64,000 nucleotides of DNA from an uncultured delta proteobacterium. GTDB lineage: Bacteria > Desulfobacterota > Binatia > UBA9968. Of the stretch, positions 9,884 through 19,677 are shown one piece after another; positions within the stretch are counted from its first letter, which is position 1; each line of letters begins with the position of its first letter. The notes beneath the pieces were generated by a model. The model did no database searches and was not told the DNA's origin. It saw nothing but the letters and a program-made list of their open reading frames with translations. Both the position numbers and the translations under genes were made by a program. The stretch is from assembly GCA_963755715.1 (NCBI GenBank), contig CAVWLW010000069.1, positions 64,001 through 128,000 on the forward strand, written 5' to 3'.

Positions 9884-10912
9884 ATGAACAAGAAACGTAT
9901 GCTTGTTGCTTTTGCCGTCAGCGCTCTTGTTTCATGGTCGGCGAATGCAACGCTGGCTCAGGAACCTTTCTACAAAGGCAAGACCATTCGCGTCGTAGTG
10001 GCGACTTCCGCCGGCGGCGGATTCGATGCTTACACTCGAATGATTACTCGCCACATGGGAAAATTCGTGCCAGGCAATCCCGCTTTCGTTGTCGAGAACA
10101 TGCCGGGAGCCGGCCATCTGATCGGCGCCAATCACATGTACAAAGTCGCCAAGCCGGATGGTCTCACCCTCGGCCATTTTCAAGGCGGCCTTTTTCTTTA
10201 CCAGGTTTTTGGACGGCCCGGCATCGAATTCGATGCGAAACAATTTGAGTTCATCGGCAGCCCGATCAAAGAAAGCCGCGCCTGCGCTTTCACGAAAGCC
10301 AGCGGCATCATCAGCGTGGAAAAATGGCTGGCATCGAAGACGCCGGTGAAACTCGGCGGCATCGGCGGCGCCGCGCCCGATGACATTGCTCGCATGCTCG
10401 CCGCCACGACGGCTCTGCCGGTTCAACTGGTCGCCGGCTACAAAGGCACCTCCGAGATTCGCATGGCGGCGGAGAGCGGCGAGCTTGCCGGCGGCTGCTG
10501 GACATGGGACTCAATCCGCGCCACATGGACGAAAGCGATTCAAAGCGGCGATGCCGTCGTCGTGCTGCAACTTCTATCCAAGCCCCATCCCGAGTTAGCC
10601 AACATTCCATTGGCTCAAAGTTTGGCTAAGTCGGACGAAGCGCGCCAATTAATGCAGGCCGGCGTCCAGGACCCCGCCGACTACTACCGTCCCTACGTGC
10701 TACCGCCTCGCACACCGAAAGATCGCGTGGAAATTCTGCGCAAGGCGCTCCAAGACACGATGAAGGATCCGGAGTTTCTCGCCGACGCCGCCAAGTCGCG
10801 CCTGGACATCGATCCAGTCACCGGCACAGAATTGGAAAATCTTGTCCGCGGATTGTTCAAACTCAGCCCGTCCATGATCAGCAAACTGAAAACAATTCTG
10901 TTGCCCAGCTAA
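9884..10912 (+). CDS. Tripartite tricarboxylate transporter substrate-binding protein (TctC/Bug family)
   Basis: FYKGKTIRVVV, GGGFDAYTR, VENMPGAG, KPDGLT, GYKGTSEI, GELAG, MKDPEF. Confidence 0.9.
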   Translation: MNKKRMLVAFAVSALVSWSANATLAQEPFYKGKTIRVVVATSAGGGFDAYTRMITRHMGKFVPGNPAFVVENMPGAGHLIGANHMYKVAKPDGLTLGHFQGGLFLYQVFGRPGIEFDAKQFEFIGSPIKESRACAFTKASGIISVEKWLASKTPVKLGGIGGAAPDDIARMLAATTALPVQLVAGYKGTSEIRMAAESGELAGGCWTWDSIRATWTKAIQSGDAVVVLQLLSKPHPELANIPLAQSLAKSDEARQLMQAGVQDPADYYRPYVLPPRTPKDRVEILRKALQDTMKDPEFLADAAKSRLDIDPVTGTELENLVRGLFKLSPSMISKLKTILLPS

Positions 10913-10961
10913 TTGTATTGCGAGAGTCGGTTGGCGAAATTGCCCTAACCAAGGAGAACAG

Positions 10962-11991
10962 ATGATCAGAATTTCAAACCTGTTGTTACTGTCATGTCTC
11001 ATGACCGTCGCGAGCGGTGACTGGGAAACAGTGCACGCTCAAAGCAACTTTTACGAGGGAAAAACCATTCGGCTGATCGTCGGCTTCACCGCCGGCGGCG
11101 GCTACGACGCCTATACGCGCACGATCGGCCGGCATATGGGCAAACATATTCCCGGCAACCCGGTCATGATCGTCGAGAATATGCCCGGCGCCGGCAGCAT
11201 GATCTCCGCCAACTACATTTACAAAGCCGCGAAGCCCGACGGATCTGACCATCGGCCATTTTATCGGCGGCCTTTTTTTGCAGCAACTGCTCGGCAAACC
11301 GGGGATCGAGTTCGATGCGGCCAAGTTTCAATATGTCGGCGTGCCGGGCCAGGATAATTTTGTCATCGGCATCGCCAAATCTACCGGCATCACCGACGTG
11401 GAATCCTGGCTCGCCTCCAAGCAAATCGTCAAGTTCGGCGGCGTCGCTTCAGGCTCCGGTTCGGACGATATCCCCAACGTGCTCAAGGCGACACTTGGAC
11501 TACCTATCCAACTCGTCTCCGGCTACAAAGGCACCGCCGACGTGCGCCTGGCGTTTAACAGCGGCGAAGTCGCCGGCCTGAGCAACTCCTGGGAGTCGAC
11601 CAAATCGACTTGGCGCAAGGAATTGGAAACCGGCGAGTTGAAACTGGTTCTTCAGGCGACTCTAAAGCCGCATCCTGAATTTCCCAAGTTACCGATGGCG
11701 CTCAACTACGCCAAGACGGACGAAGCCAAACTGCTGATCTCGACGGTGGCGCGCGTCCATGGCCCAACAGTGCGGCCCTACGTCCTGCCGCCGAACACAC
11801 CCAAAAACCGGGTGGAGATTATTCGCAAGGCGTTCATGGACACGATGAAAGACCCCGAGTTTCTCGCGGAGGCGAAAAAGGCCAATCTCGATATCAATCC
11901 CGACGATGGAGCCGTCCTGGAACAAAACGTCAAAGAGATTTTGAAACTCGAACCAGGACTAATCGCCAAGCTCAAAGAAATCCTCAAATAA
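10962..11991 (+). CDS. Second TctC/Bug family protein; one extra base near 11244
   Basis: ORFs 10962-11357 and 11278-11991 join at KPDG|LTIGHF; paralogous to 9884-10912. Confidence 0.87.
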
Positions 11992-12011
11992 CAGTCTCGA
12001 AGAGACTGTTA
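11989..12011. terminator. Perfect 10-bp hairpin between convergent genes
   Basis: TAACAGTCTC-GAA-GAGACTGTTA overlapping the stop codon of the second TctC gene. Confidence 0.5.
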
Positions 12012-12105
12012 TCCTGAGCGTCGTTCAGAATGACAACTCATATCTCGTGATTGCGACACAATTTCTTTTTGTGTTTTGCGGCGAATTCAGATTTTCTGCT
12101 ACCTT

Positions 12106-13143
12106 TCACTTCGCTCGGTTAAAAATCTCATTGAAGCGCGCCACAGTGTCGTTATAGTTTTCGATCATCCCCTCCGGCCGTGCCGGGTAGAGCTGCAATC
12201 CCTGCGTTAGACTCGGCGGATCGGGCGCAACGTCCGGCCGCGCCGGAATTCTCCGCAGGCTGCGCAGCAAATTTTGCCCTTCTTTCGACAGCACGAAATC
12301 GACAAACAGCTTGGCTGCGTTGGGATGCGGCGCTTTTTCTGGAATTGCGATGGAGTTGATCGCGGTGATCGTCGGCCCTTTGAACCGGACCCAATCGACC
12401 GGCGCGCCGCTCGCCTTCATACGCTCGATGCGATTGGAGTAGACCACCGTCGCGAGCGCGATTTCGCCGGCGGCCACAAGTTGCGCCAACAGCGTGTGAC
12501 CCGCGCGCATCTGTGGATTTTGCCCGGCAAATTTTTTCATATAGTCGAGTCCTTTGTCTCGACCCAGGATCTGCATCCAGTGATAGAACCATTGGTACTC
12601 TTCGGTTTCTAAACCGACCCAGCCCTTCCATTTGGGATTCAATAGATCTTCGTAGCTCGACGGCGCATCCTTCGGCGCCACGAGTCGAGTATTGTAGCCG
12701 ATGACGTAGGGAATTTGATAGAAAGCCGTCCAGTATCCCTGCGGATCTTTAAATCCGTCTCGATAAGCGGCCGCTTCATCGGAAACGTATCGCGCCAGCA
12801 ATTTCAGGTTCTTTAGCTGATACACTTGAATGATGCTGGTCTGAAAAATATCGGCGGTGTGCGTGTTGGCACGGTGCTCGACGAGAAATCGCGCCTGCAC
12901 TTTTTCGCCGCTTGACCGAAAAATTTCAGAAGTTATGAAAGGATATCTTTTAGAAAACTCTTTCGTGTACAGATTCGCTTCGTCGGTGTCCATGCCGGTG
13001 TAAAGCACCAGCCGGCCTTCTTTCTTCGCTCCTTCCAAAACGCGCTCGCGCTCGGCGGCGGCGCCAAAGACCGAAGCATAGGGATGCAAAAGCAGCGCAA
13101 ACAAAAACCCAATGAAGCTCCAGCGGCACGCTCGATGGCACAT
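12106..13143 (-). CDS. ABC transporter extracellular solute-binding protein (Fe3+/thiamine/polyamine-type)
   Basis: AKKEGRLVLYT, IGYNTRLV, DLLNPKWKG, LVAAGE, APHPNAAKLFVDFVLSKEGQ. Confidence 0.88.
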   Translation of the reverse strand: MCHRACRWSFIGFLFALLLHPYASVFGAAAERERVLEGAKKEGRLVLYTGMDTDEANLYTKEFSKRYPFITSEIFRSSGEKVQARFLVEHRANTHTADIFQTSIIQVYQLKNLKLLARYVSDEAAAYRDGFKDPQGYWTAFYQIPYVIGYNTRLVAPKDAPSSYEDLLNPKWKGWVGLETEEYQWFYHWMQILGRDKGLDYMKKFAGQNPQMRAGHTLLAQLVAAGEIALATVVYSNRIERMKASGAPVDWVRFKGPTITAINSIAIPEKAPHPNAAKLFVDFVLSKEGQNLLRSLRRIPARPDVAPDPPSLTQGLQLYPARPEGMIENYNDTVARFNEIFNRAK

Positions 13144-13240
13144 CTTGCTGCCTCCTTCCTCACGTTCCTGCACCAAGCATAAACTCCGACGACATTGCCG
13201 TGTCAACCCAAAATTGGCGGCTAACTCAGTAGGAGTAAAC

Positions 13241-13270
13241 TTGACAACCAAGGTAAAGCTCTCTTATGGT
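13241..13270 (+). promoter_or_regulatory. Putative sigma70 promoter for the amidohydrolase gene
   Basis: TTGACA (13241)-18 nt-TATGGT (13265) in the divergent intergenic region. Confidence 0.4.
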
Positions 13271-13391
13271 CGACAACAGAAGCAATTTAAAATCATTCAC
13301 CTGCGCTTATCCGAGGCTTACGGCACACGAGTAGAATTGCACGATGGCCGCGGTATTATTCGCGGCACATGATCGAGCAAGGGGGAAGGTT

Positions 13392-14564
13392 ATGCCGGAT
13401 TTCAAACTCATCTCGGCTGATAGCCACGTCAACGAACCGCCCAGCGCTTGGGAGCGGGTGCAAAAGGAATACGGCGAGCGCGCGCCGAGAGTCGTCAAAG
13501 ATCCGGCGGGCGTGCCCAAAGGCATCTGGCTGCTCATCGACGGCCTGCCGCCGGTCGGCTTATCGCACTATTCGAAGGGTCTCGTCGTCAGCAAGAACCA
13601 AGGCATCTCCGAAGTCGACCAGGAAAAACATTTCGAAACCATTCGCTTTAACGAAACGTTTCGCTACGAAGATTATCCCGGCGGCTGGGAACCGGCCGCG
13701 CGGTTAAAGGACCAAGATACCGATGGCATCGACGCCGAAGTTCTTTTTTCCAGCGCCGTGCGCCAACTCTATAGCATCACCGACGAACCGTTCCAGCGTG
13801 CCATTTTTCACTCGTACAACGCCTGGCTCCACGAATTTTGCGGTCTCAATCCGAAGAGACTCATCGGACTGGCGACGCTGTCGATATTAGACATCGAGCA
13901 TACGGTCACGGACATCCGGCACTACGCCAAGCTCGGTTTTCGCGGCGTACAAATCCCCACGCGGATCCGGGACAGCGGCTATTACGAGCCGAAGTACGAG
14001 CCTATGTGGGCGGCACTGGAAGAATGCGACATGATCGTGAACGTGCATACCAGCGCTACCCAGGGCGTCGCGCGCACGCACTACGAAGGGCCGCGCGACG
14101 TCGATCCCAAAAAACAGCCCCTCGGCCTCGCCAACAAACAGGCTCCGGCGCAGCAGTTCCTTGGCAACATGATTCTGTCCGGCGTCTTCGACCGCCATCC
14201 CGGTCTCAAAGTCGTCTGCGCCGAGTTCGACGTCGGCTGGGTTGCCAATCTCGTGCAACAGGTCGACTACTGGTTCGGCCGCGCCAGCACCTATGATGCC
14301 GAAAAAAATATCAACAAGCTGCCGCCTAGCGAATATTTCAAAAGAAACGCTTTCTTCACCTACCAAGACGACCGCGCCGGCGTGCTCACCGCCTCCGTTT
14401 ACGGCGAAGACAATTTTCTCTGGGCTAGCGACTATCCGCACGGCGTGACGACGTGGCCCAACTCCCAAGCCACCGTCGACAGGAATTGCACCGGCATTGA
14501 CCCGAATGTAAAACGGAAATTGAATCGCGAGAATGCCGCGAAGCTCTATCGTCTTGTTGATTGA
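13392..14564 (+). CDS. Amidohydrolase family protein (Amidohydro_2)
   Basis: ISADSHVNEP, RLKDQDTDGIDAEVLF, YNAWLHEFC, GVFDRHPGLK, WASDYPH. Confidence 0.9.
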   Translation: MPDFKLISADSHVNEPPSAWERVQKEYGERAPRVVKDPAGVPKGIWLLIDGLPPVGLSHYSKGLVVSKNQGISEVDQEKHFETIRFNETFRYEDYPGGWEPAARLKDQDTDGIDAEVLFSSAVRQLYSITDEPFQRAIFHSYNAWLHEFCGLNPKRLIGLATLSILDIEHTVTDIRHYAKLGFRGVQIPTRIRDSGYYEPKYEPMWAALEECDMIVNVHTSATQGVARTHYEGPRDVDPKKQPLGLANKQAPAQQFLGNMILSGVFDRHPGLKVVCAEFDVGWVANLVQQVDYWFGRASTYDAEKNINKLPPSEYFKRNAFFTYQDDRAGVLTASVYGEDNFLWASDYPHGVTTWPNSQATVDRNCTGIDPNVKRKLNRENAAKLYRLVD

Positions 14565-14647
14565 GTGAATGGAGGGGTTGGAGTGTTGGTCCGAAACGCA
14601 TCCTCCATGACTCCATCAATCCCGCACTCAACCTTTGAGGAGGAATC

Positions 14648-14866
14648 ATGAAAATCACCATCGATCGAACCAAATGTGACGGTTACGCTAAATGCGTTCA
14701 AGCCTCGCCCAAAGTATTCAAGCTCGACGCTAAAATGATCGCCGAAGTCATAGATCCCAAAGGCGACACGGACGAAAAAATCTTGCTCGTGGCGAAAATC
14801 TGTCCGACGAAAGCGATTACTCTCGAAGAAGAAGGAAGCGGAAAAAAACTCTTTCCAATCGAATAG
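14648..14866 (+). CDS. Small single-cluster ferredoxin (probably 3Fe-4S)
   Basis: IDRTKCDGYAKC...PKVF...CPTKAI; three ligand cysteines; GAGGAGG RBS. Confidence 0.85.
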   Translation: MKITIDRTKCDGYAKCVQASPKVFKLDAKMIAEVIDPKGDTDEKILLVAKICPTKAITLEEEGSGKKLFPIE

Positions 14867-14900
14867 TCGGGTCAGGAAGGTGAAAGCCTACTAAAACCGG

Positions 14901-15623
14901 CTACGGCAACCCAGCTAACAATTGGCCGTAGCCTTTTTGCGGCTGCCGCACGCGCAACCGCTTCTGAATCTCCCAGCACTGCGTCACGCCCGGATGAATC
15001 ACCGGCACGCCGAGATCCTGTTCCAGCGGTTCGATGATATCGAGGATGCGCAGTTTGCCGCCCTGGAAATAAATCCCGTCGGCGTCGCGATGGCGCAAAA
15101 ACAGCTTTCTCGCTTCAGCGTAGATGTCCTTCGACGACAACCGACCGACCTCTTCCCAAGGTCCGGGAAGTTTCGCTAGCTCCAAAACATCGAAACCTGC
15201 GTCGGTGAAGTAGCGCGCGACAATGCTGGTATCGTCGAAGTCGTAACCGATGCCGACAAACTTTTTGATCTTGAGCGCCTTCATCGCCGCCACTTGATTC
15301 GTCGCCGATGTAAAAATGGGAACTCCGAACTGCTTTTCCCATTTGGCAATAATTTCTGCCTCGCCTTTGTAACCCAGCAGCATAAACGGCGGCGTCCCCG
15401 CCGGATGAATAAGATCAACCTTGTCTTCGGCAAGCTCGGCGATCTTCTCTTCATACGCCGGAATCGCCGCCTGAAATTCTTCGATCCTCCCATGCCGGAC
15501 GTTGTTGAAGAGCGGAATCACGCCGATCCCGTCCGGCAGCATCTTGATCAATTCCACTAACGAACCGGAACCTTTGGTCGGTTTGATGATGCCAACCATC
15601 CCGCGCCAGCAATCGTAGGGCAT
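14901..15623 (-). CDS. Maleate isomerase / arylmalonate decarboxylase-like protein (Asp/Glu racemase superfamily)
   Basis: WRGMVGIIKP start, YFTDAGF, IEPLEQDLGVPVI, GYGQLL end; AGGAG RBS before ATG 15623. Confidence 0.82.
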   Translation of the reverse strand: MPYDCWRGMVGIIKPTKGSGSLVELIKMLPDGIGVIPLFNNVRHGRIEEFQAAIPAYEEKIAELAEDKVDLIHPAGTPPFMLLGYKGEAEIIAKWEKQFGVPIFTSATNQVAAMKALKIKKFVGIGYDFDDTSIVARYFTDAGFDVLELAKLPGPWEEVGRLSSKDIYAEARKLFLRHRDADGIYFQGGKLRILDIIEPLEQDLGVPVIHPGVTQCWEIQKRLRVRQPQKGYGQLLAGLP

Positions 15624-15806
15624 AGCTGTTTCTCCTAGCATTGACTCATTGAAGTCCCCTTTACTATTTCGGTGCTTAATATTCTACCGAGCAAAGCCTC
15701 TGGAAGCAGGTGTAGAAGCCTTTTCAAATCCGCGTTGATTACTGCAAGAGCTGTATCATTGCGCGATTCGATCGCGTCGAATCGCCTGAACATTTCCGTT
15801 AAACGC

Positions 15807-17872
15807 TCAGTGCGCACTGGCATGTCGCTGCGCGGACTCTCGACTGCCGGAGGTTGCCGGTGGTTCACCTGGTTTTTGCACGTCTTTGAGCACGAGTCCC
15901 TGCGGGTCTTGATTCTGCACCTGGGCGATCAGGGCATCGCAGTCCACGTCCTTCCCCTGGCCGAGGTCTCTGGGTTGGAGTGGCGTCATTACGAGCATCG
16001 TCAGAACATTGAAGAGTTTTTTAAACAGGGAATCCGTCCCGGTCTTGATCGGATCCGGAAAGACAGAAATGTTCTTAAAACCTCCCGTCACCCGGATATA
16101 GGAACGCAGGCTCAGCGGGCTGAAACCTTTCGGCACCGGCAGTACCACGATGTTGACCTTCTCATCTCGGAGGTCGATGTTGCCTTCACCGGAAACGACG
16201 GAATTGGCGGTATCGAAGACCAGCGTTTGAACGCCCATCTGTCCATTCTGTCCCTGGAGATTTAGTAAGGCACAGCGGACAGGGATGGGCTTATCGCCCC
16301 GAATGGCTACGCCCAAGGCATTAGCAACGTCGAGTCCGGCCAACCGAATTAGCAACTCGCTGATCTCGCCGCCCGACATGGCAAAGAAGGTGTTGCCGGA
16401 GGCAGTCGCCATGAGTTCGCGAAAGGATTCGCCGGTCCCCGCAAGAACGATTCGCCCTCCAATAGGGCTGAGGGTTTTTTGTGCGAATGAACGTGTCAGC
16501 CGAGGAATCGTTTCAAATCCAGGTGCCGAAGCCGCGCGTCGATCTTCACCTTCGAGGGCCGCTTCGATCCGTCGAAGGTGCTGTAGATCTCCATGCGGCC
16601 GTTGGCGACGCCGAATGCCGCCGGCGAGAAGCGCAAAACTCCGTCGTTCAAGTTTAATATGGCGTTAAGGTCGTCGATCGGTAATTTTGGCGCGAGAATT
16701 TTTTTGGCGCGCAGCCGGACATCAGCGTCCATCGCTCTCAAACGCTCGAGGTCGTAACGTTGATCAGGAAATATTCGATCGCTGTCCTTTTCTGCGGCAG
16801 CTTGCTTTTTTTGCTCCTCTGAAGCTGTCTCGCCCGGAGCTGTTCCCGGCTTGCCGCCGATGAAACCGGCCAAGTCGTCGAAGTCGAGTAAGTTAGAAAC
16901 AAGATCGGCCTTCATGAAGGGGCGCTTCGGCGCTGTATCCACCCGAATGTTACCCGACAGGTCGCTATCGCCGACCCGTCCGGAAAAATTTGAAAATGAC
17001 CAGACTTTACCGTCGTGCTTTAAATGACCTTTGAGGCGGTAAGGCGGCGTTGATGGAAACACGAGGCGGATGAGTGGATAGAGATTCGCCATGTCGTCGC
17101 CCTGAATATCAAGCGTGACGTCTTCCCCTTTCATCTCTAATGGTTCGGTTAAATTTCCGTCGATTTTTGCTTTGAGCTTTCCAGCGCCGAGGTTGATCTG
17201 CAGAGGGTAGGGCTCCTTTGCGCTTCTCAGGTTTTGATAAGAACCGCCATCCAAGGATAGAGTCAGCGGCAGTTTCTGATAGGTCCCTTCCGCTTTGAGC
17301 TTGACCGGCGCCTCTAAAAATCCCGCACCTTCCGCAGTTACCTTCAATTCAATCTGGGTTTTGCTTTCCTGGTCATCAAACAGGAGCGTACCGTCTTTTA
17401 TGATTACTTTTTCGATGACAGGAAAATTACTGCGGTTCTCTGGTACCACGGGCTCGGTCACTGCGGGCGCCGCGCGAAATTCCCAGTTTGCCGAGCCCTC
17501 AGCATTTTTTTCGAGCACCACCTTGGGTTGGGATATCGTGACCGTGGGGAGAACCACGCGAAAATGTCGAACGAGTTGCCAGAGATCTATCTCGACGTCG
17601 AAAAGTCCAACTTCGGCCATCTGCGGGTGTTTGCTCCAGCCTGCGTTCTGAAATTGTATGTCGCTGGCGCTCACTCTGGAGATCCAACCGAGATCAAGTT
17701 TTAGATCCCCATTGATGCTCAATTGCCGGCCTGTGGCTTTGCTGACTCCCGCCGAAATGTATTTCTTTGCCTTGTTCTGATCGAGTGTTGCAATAAAAAT
17801 CGCCAGCGCAATGGCAGCAATGCCGAAAACGGATCCCACCCAGATCAAAACGCGACGTTTTCGCGTGGTCAT
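15807..17872 (-). CDS. AsmA family protein; frame break near 16495
   Basis: N-terminal TM, VSKATGRQLSINGDL, GSANW, PSTPPYRLKGHL, GRVGDSDLSG, RLRAMDADV. The frame resumes as FAQKTLSPIGGRIVLAGTG into ORF 15807-16412. Confidence 0.85.
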
Positions 17873-18124
17873 AATTCACCTTTTACCTGCGCACACAATG
17901 TAATTATAGAAGAGCGCAAGAGACGTACCAGCGGATTACCGAGGACAATTGTTATGAAGAAAATTCACTACAATCGGGCGAGTCAGTCCTGAGACAGCGG
18001 AATTCGAGAATTTCGCCGGTGGTCTACCCAAATGTTAGGAAATTTATGGAGGAAATCTTAGAAAATGGAGGAATTTTCCGTGCAGGAATCGACTTGAGAT
18101 CACACAAATTTATCTAGTCTACTC

Positions 18125-18222
18125 CCGGAATCGCCGCCTAAATTCTTCGATCCTTCATGCCCGAGGTTGTTGAAAGAGCGGAATCACTCCCGATCCCGTC
18201 CGGCAGCATCTTGATCAATTCC
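18125..18222 (-). pseudogene. Degenerate ~98-bp copy of the 5' part of the isomerase-like gene (15458-15555)
   Basis: Near-identical to 15458-15555 (e.g. CCGATCCCGTCCGGCAGCATCTTGATCAATTCC exact) with several indels and substitutions. Confidence 0.85.
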
Positions 18223-18340
18223 CCGCCAATCAAGCCTAAACTCAGATGGACGGTCTACAATGAGCCGGTCTCCATCTTTGTAGGCTTTCAGCGACGGATT
18301 CGCGATGGGTACCAGAAACCTTGCGCAGGTCTTGGAGGTG

Positions 18341-18704
18341 ATTGAGATACTGTTGAATTAAGACCTGGCTCATTTAGCGGCGGGACATCGTTGAAAAAAC
18401 GAGGGCAGTTATTTCCGACAGGCTAAGTGCCGATGCGCGCTCCGCGCGCCGCCCATTTCTCTGCTAAACGGTGCATAGAGGGTCCAGCCTCCGGCCAATT
18501 GCGATGAATTTCGTGGGGCATCAGCAAATCCTACTTCAACGGTTGGATCTTAGCTGGCGGACGGCCTTCCTGCAATGCTCTCCAGTCGTGGTTCGCTTCG
18601 ATCAAGATCCCTCTCTATCGTTCGGGATGACAAATCGCTTAGGTGTCATTTCGAGCGGAGCGAGAAATCTTTCTTGATGTCTTAATTCAGTTTGGGGTCT
18701 CAAT
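18341..18704. mobile_element. Possible MITE-like relic bounded by imperfect inverted repeats
   Basis: ATTGAGAtactgtTGAATTAAGAC (18341-18364) versus reverse complement of 18679-18704, ATTGAGAccccaaacTGAATTAAGAC; no credible CDS inside. Confidence 0.35.
18604..18675. repeat. REP-like palindromic pair (AGATCCCTC...GGATGACA / TGTCATTTCGAGCGGAGCGAGAAATCT)
   Basis: Two inverted related units; a related copy lies at 28492-28522 on the opposite strand and a weaker relative at ~12007-12035. Confidence 0.65.
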
Positions 18705-18756
18705 GAATCGCTACTTAAACAGATATTAAATCCCTGCTTTGGTTCCTCGGGCGATC

Positions 18757-19317
18757 CTATTTCTCGTCCTGCCGGTCTCTCACGGTTTGCAAATCCTCCA
18801 AACACCCCGCGCACATGTACGCGGCGTGCGGCAAGAAAATCAATTCATCCGTTTCACGCGCCTCCATGCAGATGCCGCAAAGACGGTCTTGTTTGGATTC
18901 GCTCGCTGATTTTTTCTTGCGTACACCGGGGTCCTTGGCGGCTTCGGACTCTTCGGCGACGATGCCGCTACAAAGCTTGATGCACTCATCGCAAATGTGA
19001 ACTGCAAGGCCGGCGATCAATTTTCGTACCTCGTTCGGTCCTTTTCCACAGAAGGAACAGCCGGCTTCTTTGTCCTTATCCGAGAATTTCGGAATCTCGC
19101 CTTCCCATTTGTCGCCGTAGGCTTTCTTGAGCGTCTCTTCCAGTGCTGTGCCGATGTGCAGCAGTTGCCGCGCGATCTCGCTTCGTTTCGGCGTGCTCTT
19201 GGATTCGAGAAAGTTGCTGACCGCCCGTTGAAATATTTTCAATGCCGATCCGTACCTCTGTTCACTGATCAAGTCGGCGCACTCGACGAAACCGAATTTG
19301 GATTGGGTTGTGATCAT
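18757..19317 (-). CDS. Stand-alone ClpX C4-type zinc-finger protein with a second Cys4 module
   Basis: [25 protein letters not shown] plus CGIC...MCAGC; no ATPase domain; GAGGGAG RBS. Confidence 0.75.
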   Translation of the reverse strand: MITTQSKFGFVECADLISEQRYGSALKIFQRAVSNFLESKSTPKRSEIARQLLHIGTALEETLKKAYGDKWEGEIPKFSDKDKEAGCSFCGKGPNEVRKLIAGLAVHICDECIKLCSGIVAEESEAAKDPGVRKKKSASESKQDRLCGICMEARETDELIFLPHAAYMCAGCLEDLQTVRDRQDEK

Positions 19318-19500
19318 CTGCGTTTCTCCCTCGCGATCAGTTCACCGACAGTCGGGTTCCCCGCACTCCTGTTGTCCCGCTAGTGAACGTAGCTTGTTGG
19401 AGTGTCCGCCAGGCACCCTCGTCTGTCAACCTATGCTGCCGAAAAACCTGATCGCCGGTCGATTGACACGTTCTATTCTAGGGCGATAAAAATGATAGCT

Positions 19501-19677
19501 ATGAAAAACGCGGTCCAACGGCTAAACGCCGAGTATCGGTTGAACCTCACGGAAGAAGAAATCGAGGCAATTACCCAACAGGCCGAGGCGGCTCAACAAC
19601 TCTTTCAGAAACTCTTTGAAGTCAATGTCGAGGGCGTCGCGCCGGCGCTGAAGATCGATCCGGCGGAGCGCAAATGA
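19501..19677 (+). CDS. Small GatC-like partner of the amidase
   Basis: 58 aa, LNLTEEEIEAI...LFEVNVEGVAP resembles GatC; ATGA overlap with the amidase; alternative start at 19492. Confidence 0.6.
   Translation: MKNAVQRLNAEYRLNLTEEEIEAITQQAEAAQQLFQKLFEVNVEGVAPALKIDPAERK

Noticed and set aside
16496-16498. TGA in asmA as a second selenocysteine codon
   Set aside because: The downstream AsmA sequence continues in a different frame and there is no Cys-equivalent context; it results from an indel.
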